Source: Thermodesulfobacteriota bacterium (GTDB taxonomy: Bacteria; Desulfobacterota; Binatia; Bin18). From it: a stretch of 64,000 nt of DNA. Numbering within the stretch: position 1 is the first letter of the stretch; the number at the start of each line of letters is the position of its first letter. Location of the stretch: contig OZ219926.1 of assembly GCA_964291405.2 (NCBI GenBank), forward strand, positions 4,064,001-4,128,000, read 5' to 3'. The notes beneath the pieces were generated by a model. That model was not told where the DNA came from, did not search any database, and saw only the letters and a program-made list of their open reading frames with translations. This document shows positions 19,770 through 27,601 of the stretch, piece by piece. The translations under genes were made by a program, and so were the position numbers.

Positions 19770-20978
19770 GTGGGCAGAGTAGGGCACTATGGAGAACGGG
19801 TACAGACTACCCGGGGACCGTTCGATCCGGGCGGGCAGCCCACGATCGATAGTCCGCATCCACTCTTACTGGGTCTCTTTGCCTGGAACCTGACCGGTGG
19901 GGCGACCATCTCCAAAGCCGTGCTTGACGACCCGGACCGGTATCAAAACTTCTGGCACTGGGATACGGCCCAGTATCTGATCCAGTTCGCCGAGCGGATG
20001 GGCCTCGAATTTCAGGTCCCGTTTGGCCGCTGGCTCGGGCACGGCGGGGAGACTCGCTTTAACGAAGACTCGCTCGATTTCCTGACGACGGCCGCCGCGC
20101 TGGCTCCGCTGACACGCCGGATTCTGCTCTTTTCCACGGCCCACGTGTCATACGGATTTCACCCGCTACACTTCGCCAAATTCGGGGCCACGATCGACTA
20201 TCTCTCGCAGGGCCGTTGGGGCCTGAATGTCGTGACGGGCTGGATCGAAGACGAGCAGGCCTTGTTCGGACAAACCTTTCCCGACCACGATTTGCGCTAC
20301 GAAATGGCGGACGAGTTTGTCACCCTCATGAAGTGGGCCTGGTCGAGTCAGGAGCCTGTCACCTACGAAGGGGAGTTCTACAAATCCTATGGGGCCTATG
20401 TGAGTCCAAAACCCGTCCGTAAGCCGCGGCCGTATCTGGTCAATGCCGGGTCCTCACCTGCCGGCATCGAGTTTACAGCCAAACACTGTGAATGGTTGTT
20501 CTGCTCCGGAGACATCGAGAAGATGAAACTGGCGGCTGATACCGTGGTCGACCGCGCGGCGGAATATGGCCGCCATGTCGATCCTGTGACATTTGCTTAT
20601 ATCATTCTTGAGAGAACTGACGCCAAGGCGGAAGCCGTCTACAATCGCCTGGTCGAAGAGATTGACGAAGACGCGACAGATACCTTTGTGGAGCGTGCTA
20701 CGGCACGACCGATCTCCTTCGCGCCAGATCGGAAACGCGACACCACGAAACGTATGCGGGAACAGATTGGCGAAGACGCCTACCGTGAGATCGCACTGGG
20801 TCTGACGGGGTATCAGATCTGTGGCGGCCCGCAAACGGTGGCAGAGCAACTCCGCGCGATCCACGAGCAGGCCGGACAACGCGGAGTATTGCTATCCTTT
20901 TTCGATCCGATCAAAGGGTTGCATATGTGCCATGATGAAGTGTTGCCCCTCCTGCGTAAAATGGGGCTCCGCAAGTAG
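19770..20978 (+). CDS. LLM-class flavin-dependent monooxygenase (SfnG/RutA-like), paralog 2
   Basis: Collinear with and very similar to 5501-6706; GTG start. Confidence 0.9.
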   Translation: MGRVGHYGERVQTTRGPFDPGGQPTIDSPHPLLLGLFAWNLTGGATISKAVLDDPDRYQNFWHWDTAQYLIQFAERMGLEFQVPFGRWLGHGGETRFNEDSLDFLTTAAALAPLTRRILLFSTAHVSYGFHPLHFAKFGATIDYLSQGRWGLNVVTGWIEDEQALFGQTFPDHDLRYEMADEFVTLMKWAWSSQEPVTYEGEFYKSYGAYVSPKPVRKPRPYLVNAGSSPAGIEFTAKHCEWLFCSGDIEKMKLAADTVVDRAAEYGRHVDPVTFAYIILERTDAKAEAVYNRLVEEIDEDATDTFVERATARPISFAPDRKRDTTKRMREQIGEDAYREIALGLTGYQICGGPQTVAEQLRAIHEQAGQRGVLLSFFDPIKGLHMCHDEVLPLLRKMGLRK

Positions 20979-21032
20979 GGACTCCTGGGAAGCGTCGTTG
21001 CAGCAGACCGACTGGAGCAGGTCTGCCCAACA

Positions 21033-21887
21033 TTAGCTCTGCGCTTCCACCAGGGCTGCGTCGTCAAAATTCACCAGACCCAGACGTCCACCAAAGACGG
21101 ACGGATGAGGATGATAGGAGCGGTAGCCCAGGAGGTGCTGGGCCTGTTCGGGCAGTTGGCGGGCGACTTCCAAAGGAACGGCCAGAGAATGGTGCTCCTC
21201 CGGGCGTAGCCAGCCAAGAACAAAGCTGACGTGCATCCCGCGCCGCCACGTGTCTGGCGTGCGGTTTGCCCCAGCTCCGTGAATGACCTTTCCCGTGTAG
21301 AGCAGGACAGAGCCGGCCGGCATGACTGACTGGGTCAGTTCTTCGGGGCGAGCCTCGCGCTCCGGATCCTGCCAGCGATGGCTGCCCGGCGCGACGAGCG
21401 TGGCACCGTTCTCTTCGGTGAAGTCGTTCAGGGCAAACAGCGAGCTAACCGTGAGTTCCGGGCCGGACCAGGGAAAATGGGGCCAGTTGGCCTCATCGCG
21501 ATGCAACATCTGGGCTGGTTCTCCCCCACCAATGATCATGGTCTGGGAGGTATTTAGCCAATATGAGCCGCAATTGGGCAAAAGATAATGATCTGCAAAC
21601 GCTTTGAGCGTAGGGTGGAGGAGGACCTCAATAAACGTCCGTGACTTCGCGGCCAGACCGCAAAAACGGATCGTTTTCTGGCCATGAAAGACTTGCCAGA
21701 GTTCTTCGTCGCTACGACTGCCGGGCGGGTGGGTGGCGATATAGCCGTCGAGTTCGGTATTGAGCCGTCTTACCAGGTCGGGCTCAAGCAGGTTTTCGAT
21801 AATTACCCCGCCGTCCCGCTCGATCACGGACAGGTACTCTTCTGCGTTGACGTCAGGCCCCACAGTCGTGAGTGTAACTTTGCTCAT
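21033..21887 (-). CDS. Phytanoyl-CoA dioxygenase (PhyH) family Fe(II)/2-oxoglutarate enzyme
   Basis: LHRD, DFTEENGAT, PGSH, HGAGAN, GWLRPEE. Confidence 0.92.
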   Translation of the reverse strand: MSKVTLTTVGPDVNAEEYLSVIERDGGVIIENLLEPDLVRRLNTELDGYIATHPPGSRSDEELWQVFHGQKTIRFCGLAAKSRTFIEVLLHPTLKAFADHYLLPNCGSYWLNTSQTMIIGGGEPAQMLHRDEANWPHFPWSGPELTVSSLFALNDFTEENGATLVAPGSHRWQDPEREARPEELTQSVMPAGSVLLYTGKVIHGAGANRTPDTWRRGMHVSFVLGWLRPEEHHSLAVPLEVARQLPEQAQHLLGYRSYHPHPSVFGGRLGLVNFDDAALVEAQS

Positions 21888-21957
21888 ATGCTCTCCTTTG
21901 ATACTGCCCTGTCCCGGTTTGCATACCGCTCTTCACCGGTTCTTTCCAGCCGCCGTC

Positions 21958-22422
21958 TTATCTCCTGACCCTGACGACTCTGCCCCCGTTGGCCCGGAGG
22001 AGCGCCTGGGGCGAGACGCGGACCAAGGCGGTTTCCGATCCGCCGCCGGTATACACTTCATCTTTCTGCATGACCCGAGGATCAATAAGAAAGGTTGCGG
22101 CAAACCCAAACGACGGTGTCCCACCGCACGGATAGCCCGTTTTGGTCAGCATTTCATCCGGCGTCATGGTTCTCACCCGCTCGGTCTGGAGCACCTTGGC
22201 AACCCGTGAGGTGCTGGCTCGATCTTCGCCCTTGACAATGGCGACAATCACCTGGCCCTGAGTGTCCGTCATGCAGATGTTCTTGACAAAATTTTCCGGC
22301 CTCGTGCCGACCACCGCGGCCGCTTCGGCCACCGAGTGACACGACTGCTCGAAGGATAAATGTTCCGCCTCAATACTACCGGCAGCAATAAACTGCTTGA
22401 GCTTGTCTTCATAGGCGTTCAT
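21958..22422 (-). CDS. YbaK/EbsC-family aminoacyl-tRNA deacylase
   Basis: HSVAEAA, FVKN, TGYPCGGTPSFG, GGGS; start uncertain. Confidence 0.88.
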   Translation of the reverse strand: MNAYEDKLKQFIAAGSIEAEHLSFEQSCHSVAEAAAVVGTRPENFVKNICMTDTQGQVIVAIVKGEDRASTSRVAKVLQTERVRTMTPDEMLTKTGYPCGGTPSFGFAATFLIDPRVMQKDEVYTGGGSETALVRVSPQALLRANGGRVVRVRR

Positions 22423-22550
22423 AGCTACTGATTCATATACCATCTTCTGCGCCATTCTCCCACATGGATAAGAAAAAGACTTCGGTCTGCCGCTTGCACC
22501 TCGTCCGGCCCTCGTGCTAGGTGGCGAGAAAACACTGCGTGAGGTCGGCC

Positions 22551-23477
22551 ATGACAAAGCGAGTGCTGTACGTGAACCCCATTTACCTCGATGCCAATCC
22601 CGCCATAGACGCGCTCGCCTACGGGTTGCAGTCGGTCCTGCACGCGGCGGATATTCAGATGCCGGTGCTGTTTGCCGATTTTCGCGAACCGGGCATGCGA
22701 AGAAAGTATGAAGCCGCGATCGAGGAAGGAATACGTGCCCAAGTCGAGGGCATCGTGATTTATGCCCTCAATCCGACGCTGTTTGGCGAGGCCGTGGCCA
22801 AGGCCCGCTCTGCCGGCATTCCGGTTTTTTCGTTTATTCGACCGCGCTACGCCGTCAATGCGTCAGTGGTCTTTCCAAATTTCAACCACGGCGTGTTCAT
22901 GGCTGAATACCTGGCCTCGGTTTTACCGGCGGACAGTGGGGTGGGGGTGATCGGAGGACCGGATACGGTGGACGATGCAGAAGAAGTGGCCGGTCTGGTC
23001 TACGCTCTGAAACGCAGCCACTGTCGCTTGCTGAACGACCCTGAGGATACACAGTATTGCAACGTTCAAGATGTCTCGGAAGGCGCGCGCGAGCCAACTC
23101 TCCTCCTCTTGGACAACATTCCACAGTCTCAACTTCAGGGGCTCATTCCCTATAATGACGAGACCATGCTGGGCTGCCTGAGCGTGCTCGAAGAAACGGG
23201 AAGGCTGGGCGACCTCAAAATCATCTCCCGCAATGGTTCACCCCAAGCGGTTGAGATGGTCCGGACCGGGAAAACGCTCGGGACCTGGGACCTGGATGCA
23301 TCGGGCATAGGCACGACGTTGGGGGAGTTGGTTGTTCGTCATCTGGTGGGTGGAGAAGTGCTCGAAGATTATCTGAGCATGAGCCCGGTTGGCCGGATGA
23401 TCACCCTGGACAATATTGAAAGCTGGAAGCCTTGGTCAGAGCGGGTGGACTGCACGCCGCTATCAGTCGGGCTCTAA
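22551..23477 (+). CDS. Type I periplasmic-binding-fold protein (RbsB-like), no signal peptide
   Basis: KARSAGIPVFSF, NDETMLG, NGSPQAV; GAGG precedes ATG 22551. Confidence 0.82.
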   Translation: MTKRVLYVNPIYLDANPAIDALAYGLQSVLHAADIQMPVLFADFREPGMRRKYEAAIEEGIRAQVEGIVIYALNPTLFGEAVAKARSAGIPVFSFIRPRYAVNASVVFPNFNHGVFMAEYLASVLPADSGVGVIGGPDTVDDAEEVAGLVYALKRSHCRLLNDPEDTQYCNVQDVSEGAREPTLLLLDNIPQSQLQGLIPYNDETMLGCLSVLEETGRLGDLKIISRNGSPQAVEMVRTGKTLGTWDLDASGIGTTLGELVVRHLVGGEVLEDYLSMSPVGRMITLDNIESWKPWSERVDCTPLSVGL

Positions 23478-23490
23478 AGCGGAGGACGAG

Positions 23491-24408
23491 GTGCGTGTAC
23501 TCTACGTGAATGTGATGGAATACGGGGCACATCCGGGTCTTGATGCCCTTGCCCATGGACTTGACCACCGGTTGCAGCAGTCGGAGATTGAACTGCGAAC
23601 GCTGACGGTCGATGTGCGCCGACCGGATTGGATAGCCGGGCAGGACCAGGCGATTCGGCGCGGTATGCAGGCCGGGGTGGACGGGATCGTTGTTTATGTC
23701 CTCGACCCCGTACAGCCTGCCGAGGCGGTCGAGGCGGCCCGCCAACGGGGGATTCCGGTCTTCTCGTTTGAGCGCCCGCGCTTTCCGGTCGCCGCGTCGT
23801 TGGTCTACCCGAATTTTAATCACGGCGTGTATATGGCTGAGTATCTGGCCTCGCTCCTGCCCGTCGGGGCGAGGCTGGCGATCATCGGGGGGCCGGAAGT
23901 CATTGACGATATCGAGCTTGTCACTGGCATCGTGCACGGTGTTAGACAGAGTGGATTCACCCTGGTCAACAATCCGTTTGAGGAACGCTATCGGAATTTA
24001 CAAGATGTTGCCGCGGGCGGTAGGGAGGCCGCGCAACGTCTACTGGCCGATTTTACCGACTTGGCTGGTCTGATTCCGTTCAACGACGAAACCATGCTGG
24101 GAACCCTTGATGCGATTGAGGCGGTCGGTCGCTCCGGTGAGATGAAAATGGTCTCGCGCAACGGCAGTCCAAAGGCCGTCGAAGCCGTCCTGGCCGGAAG
24201 GTCTCACGGAACCTGGGATATCGAGATCACCAATATCGGGGCAGCGGTCGGCGATCTGGTCGCGCGGGTACTAGTTGACGGCGAAGACCTGCACGGCGAG
24301 TCTTTTATCGCCGGTCTGGGACGGCTTATCACGCCCGAGAACGCCCATACGTACAAGCCCTGGACGGAGCGGGTGTCGCATACACCACTGCGGGAGGGGC
24401 TGGAGTAG
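23491..24408 (+). CDS. Type I periplasmic-binding-fold protein (RbsB-like), tandem paralog, no signal peptide
   Basis: Shares PNFNHGVxMAEYLAS, NDETMLG, SRNGSP, GTWD and KPWxERV with the upstream gene; GGAGG precedes GTG 23491. Confidence 0.82.
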   Translation: MRVLYVNVMEYGAHPGLDALAHGLDHRLQQSEIELRTLTVDVRRPDWIAGQDQAIRRGMQAGVDGIVVYVLDPVQPAEAVEAARQRGIPVFSFERPRFPVAASLVYPNFNHGVYMAEYLASLLPVGARLAIIGGPEVIDDIELVTGIVHGVRQSGFTLVNNPFEERYRNLQDVAAGGREAAQRLLADFTDLAGLIPFNDETMLGTLDAIEAVGRSGEMKMVSRNGSPKAVEAVLAGRSHGTWDIEITNIGAAVGDLVARVLVDGEDLHGESFIAGLGRLITPENAHTYKPWTERVSHTPLREGLE

Positions 24409-24420
24409 GAGCAGTGCTTT

Positions 24421-24445
24421 TCCCTCGCCCGTTGAGGGCGAGGGA
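24421..24445. repeat. Palindrome / bidirectional terminator between convergent genes
   Basis: TCCCTCGCCC-GTTGA-GGGCGAGGGA. Confidence 0.6.
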
Positions 24446-24458
24446 CATACCAAGGGGT

Positions 24459-24938
24459 CTACGCCGCCAACGGCGGATTGTCCAAGAGACGCTCAATCGG
24501 CTCGACCGAGCTGTCCGGCTGACCTTCAATCTCACGCACGGTGAACTCCAACAAGGCACGCTCGTGTCGAGTAATATGCTGTGCGATGGCCAGCCCATCG
24601 GACGGAGCCGTTTTCTCGTGCTTTTCAAAGTAACGGATGTACTTCTCAAGCTCGGGTTTCAGCTTATCCATCGCCTCGGACCAGGGCAGTTTGGCAAACC
24701 GCTCGCCCCAGGATTTTCCCTCGGCACGTTTTTCAGGGTCCTCCTCGACCGATTCGCCGAGGGCTTCGAGCGCAGCCCGAATGCGGCCTTTGGTCTCGCG
24801 TTCGAGCTGTTCCACAAAACGCCACTTCTGGCTGTGAACGGGGTCTTGCACCGCTTCTGCGAGTGCGACTCCAAGGGCTTCGCCCATCACTTCACCCTGA
24901 AAACATTCGTGCAGATACGCTACAAATTGATCGCTCAT
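24459..24938 (-). CDS. Ferritin-like four-helix protein (hypothetical)
   Basis: QGEVMGE, QLERET, ITRHERAL; helical and Glu/His rich. Confidence 0.7.
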   Translation of the reverse strand: MSDQFVAYLHECFQGEVMGEALGVALAEAVQDPVHSQKWRFVEQLERETKGRIRAALEALGESVEEDPEKRAEGKSWGERFAKLPWSEAMDKLKPELEKYIRYFEKHEKTAPSDGLAIAQHITRHERALLEFTVREIEGQPDSSVEPIERLLDNPPLAA

Positions 24939-24950
24939 GGTCCTTCCTCC

Positions 24951-25364
24951 TTACTTTGCCGTACAATCCGACACAATGACAAACTTCTTAAAGGCGCTAT
25001 GAAAATTCCACTGCGAGCGGGTGCCTTTCACAAAGGAGGCAAAGTCGCCGACCTTGAGAGACACTTCCTCGCCCGTATCGAGCAGGGTGATCGTAACCGA
25101 GCCTTCTACCACAAGGAAGGTCTCATCTCCGCCTGGGAAGGTGTATTCGGGCGAGAGGCCAGCCTCCGTTTTCCACAGACCGACCGCCAGGGTGCTATTG
25201 CCGTCATGACCGGTTTCGCGAATCAATTGGATCTCGCCGAATGTCTCCGGTTTTCCGTCCGGGCCGGGGTACTCGAACGGAACATATTCTCCCCCATCAA
25301 GCGTCCCGGTATAAAAAGCCTGGAGCTGGCTGGTGAACGATTCTTTCAGCTGTGCTACTGCCAT
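24951..25364 (-). CDS. Cupin domain protein (DUF861 / cupin_3)
   Basis: VGLW, DETFLVVEGSVTI, GDFASFVKG, FKKF; GAGGAGG precedes ATG 25364. Confidence 0.88.
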   Translation of the reverse strand: MAVAQLKESFTSQLQAFYTGTLDGGEYVPFEYPGPDGKPETFGEIQLIRETGHDGNSTLAVGLWKTEAGLSPEYTFPGGDETFLVVEGSVTITLLDTGEEVSLKVGDFASFVKGTRSQWNFHSAFKKFVIVSDCTAK

Positions 25365-25411
25365 ACCCGCCCTCCTCAATCAAAGGCCAATAATCCCATT
25401 CGACGACGTAC

Positions 25412-25432
25412 CCTGAGAGAAATTCTCTCAGG
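25412..25432. promoter_or_regulatory. Inverted repeat with perfect 10-bp arms upstream of the cupin gene
   Basis: CCTGAGAGAA-A-TTCTCTCAGG. Confidence 0.45.
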
Positions 25433-25510
25433 CGGTCGGGAGGGACCTCCTCATCTTTGCACATGTCATAGATAGCCTCCAGGGCGTGTAAACTCGCGAG
25501 TGAAGCGGCG

Positions 25511-26656
25511 TCAGCCGCGCGGCAGTGGGACCCCGGCGGTCGTCAGCACCATCCGTACGAGGTCAGCCTGGCGGGAGATGCCCAGCTTGGCGTGGATTTG
25601 CCTGACATGCCAACGGACCGCCGCTTGCGTCCGATATGTCGTTACGGCGATGTCCTGTACACTGTGGCCCTTGGCCAAGGCAACCGCCACTTGGCTTTCG
25701 GCGCGAGTGAGGCCGAGGGGCGCAGCCACCTGCATGGGATTAATATGAGGCGGTTGCGCGGGATTGACGAGCAGCACCAGCGCGGCCACGCGCTGGGCGC
25801 CAAAGTCTGCCCGAAGGCTGACCGGGTTGATATGCAGGGTGAGCGGTGGCCGACCGGGAGCCAGCCTCATCGTCATGGACCCGCTTACGGCGGCCCGGCC
25901 CCATTGTGGCAGAGCGCGGCCGATGAGTCGCTGGAGCTTGGCGTCGTCGGTCGGGCATCGGGCGTGCAGGGCGCCGCCCCGACCTACTACGCCGTCGCCG
26001 TACCGCAGCATGCCCAGGCCGCGGGCATTGGCCTCGACAATCGTTCCGCGGCGGTCGAGGTAGAGCACGCCGATCATGGCGTTATCAAGCAGGTGGGTCA
26101 GCGAGGTGCAGAGCGCCTCGGCAGCGGCGAGAGCCTGCCGGACCCGGACGAACTGGCGAATATGAGGGAGAAGCTGTTTTATCAACGCGAGCTGCGCGGA
26201 GCCCCAGCCCAGCGGGTCATCGGGGTCTGCCAACGCCCAGATAATGTGTAAGCCATCCGGGCCGTCCAGGCGTACGTTCAAACCGTTGCGAGCGCTGACC
26301 TTTGGTAACCCTTCATTATACGTCAGGGAAGTCCATTGTTCCTGTTCGGTGAAGACATCGGTGAGGTGAAACACCTGGCCGTCCGGCAGGCGGAACAAAC
26401 GGGGAAAGCGTTCGTCGCGGGGGAAGTAGATGGTGGGGTATTCTCGCCCGAGTTCGAGGAATTCACCGTGGTGATAGACATCCCCGAAGAGGAATTCGGC
26501 GCCATCCTGAGCATGCTCTTGCAGGATCGTCAGATGACTCCCGATCATCCCGACCGCGTCATCAATAAGGGCCGACGTGCTGGGCCACAAGGTGTCGTCT
26601 AGCGCGGCGTCGTGCAGGGCCGCGACGATGCGGTCGAAGTTGTCCTGTTGGCTCAT
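25511..26656 (-). CDS. LuxR-type HTH transcriptional regulator with GAF/PAS-like sensor region
   Basis: GLTRAESQVAVAL...HVRQIHAKLGISRQADLVR; GVLYLDRRGTIVEAN. Confidence 0.9.
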   Translation of the reverse strand: MSQQDNFDRIVAALHDAALDDTLWPSTSALIDDAVGMIGSHLTILQEHAQDGAEFLFGDVYHHGEFLELGREYPTIYFPRDERFPRLFRLPDGQVFHLTDVFTEQEQWTSLTYNEGLPKVSARNGLNVRLDGPDGLHIIWALADPDDPLGWGSAQLALIKQLLPHIRQFVRVRQALAAAEALCTSLTHLLDNAMIGVLYLDRRGTIVEANARGLGMLRYGDGVVGRGGALHARCPTDDAKLQRLIGRALPQWGRAAVSGSMTMRLAPGRPPLTLHINPVSLRADFGAQRVAALVLLVNPAQPPHINPMQVAAPLGLTRAESQVAVALAKGHSVQDIAVTTYRTQAAVRWHVRQIHAKLGISRQADLVRMVLTTAGVPLPRG

Positions 26657-26678
26657 GGTTGCGCTAATGTGTCTCTGA

Positions 26679-27305
26679 CTATGAAGAAACGAACTCAATC
26701 CTGAGTGGCGTACATTGCGCCCCATTAGGTTGCTGGCCGTCAATTTCTATATCGTACGGACACGCCGAGACCGCGACCAGGCAATCCATCAGCGCTTTCA
26801 GGGCAACGTATTCGCCCGCCTGGGTTGCCGCGGGACGCGCGTCGATGGTGCCGTCGGAGCGGACCCGCGTATATTGGAACAGGTTGATGGGGTCGGGCAC
26901 GTCGAGATAGCCCAGCCTGTACGGCTCCACCGCCTCGGTGAGATTGTCCCGACAATTGCGATGGTTGAGGGCGCCGGCGGCCGCATAGAGAGCGCTGCTG
27001 CACGGAGCAAACAGGGCGTCGTGCACGCCGTGGGCCTTATCCTCGACAATCTCGAACATGGGGTGCTGAAGATTTGAGTAGAACCTGCTGCCAACCGTGA
27101 AATGCAGGGAACCGCTCCCGGTCAAGGTATTGAAATTCACGGTTTCACCGGTAGACAGTTTTTCCGCCAGATGATGCAGGTGAAAGCAGACGAAGTCGCA
27201 GATCTGCTGGCCTTCCACATCAACGATGCGAATCGTTTCTCCTTGCCGAACCGCACAGGCTGCACCCTGGGTTGCCGGAACATGCACGTCTCGTTTGTCA
27301 GCCAT
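26679..27305 (-). CDS. Urea carboxylase-associated family protein (DUF1989)
   Basis: IVDVEGQQICD, HDALFAPC, NCRDNL, INLF, VAVSACP; AAGGAG precedes ATG 27305. Confidence 0.92.
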   Translation of the reverse strand: MADKRDVHVPATQGAACAVRQGETIRIVDVEGQQICDFVCFHLHHLAEKLSTGETVNFNTLTGSGSLHFTVGSRFYSNLQHPMFEIVEDKAHGVHDALFAPCSSALYAAAGALNHRNCRDNLTEAVEPYRLGYLDVPDPINLFQYTRVRSDGTIDARPAATQAGEYVALKALMDCLVAVSACPYDIEIDGQQPNGAQCTPLRIEFVSS

Positions 27306-27450
27306 GGTGTCGTTCTCCTTCCGGCTGATTTGATCTGACATTCCCGATACTGCTGTTTGTCTTTCACGTCCCCTTCCTCCCCGTCAACAGGAGAGACGCT
27401 TCGGTTCGTCCATGTTTTCTCGTCTTCCCTTGTCATTTTTCTGACCATTT

Positions 27451-27466
27451 CTATCAATTTTGATAG
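27451..27466. promoter_or_regulatory. Palindromic candidate operator
   Basis: CTATCAA-TT-TTGATAG in a divergent intergenic region. Confidence 0.35.
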
Positions 27467-27601
27467 TGTACGGCGCGGCAAGATCGTGTATGGTGCGGGC
27501 TTTGATTGAAACCTTAAAGGGTCAAGTGCGCGTGAACCCCCATATCCTCAAACCGAGCCCCGCCCCGCTAGGAGTAGCCCCAAGAAAGTAGAGACTGCTG
27601 T

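Noticed and set aside
27306-27450. Guanidine riboswitch upstream of the DUF1989 gene
   Set aside because: No paired ACGR-loop hairpins and no ykkC-I consensus visible
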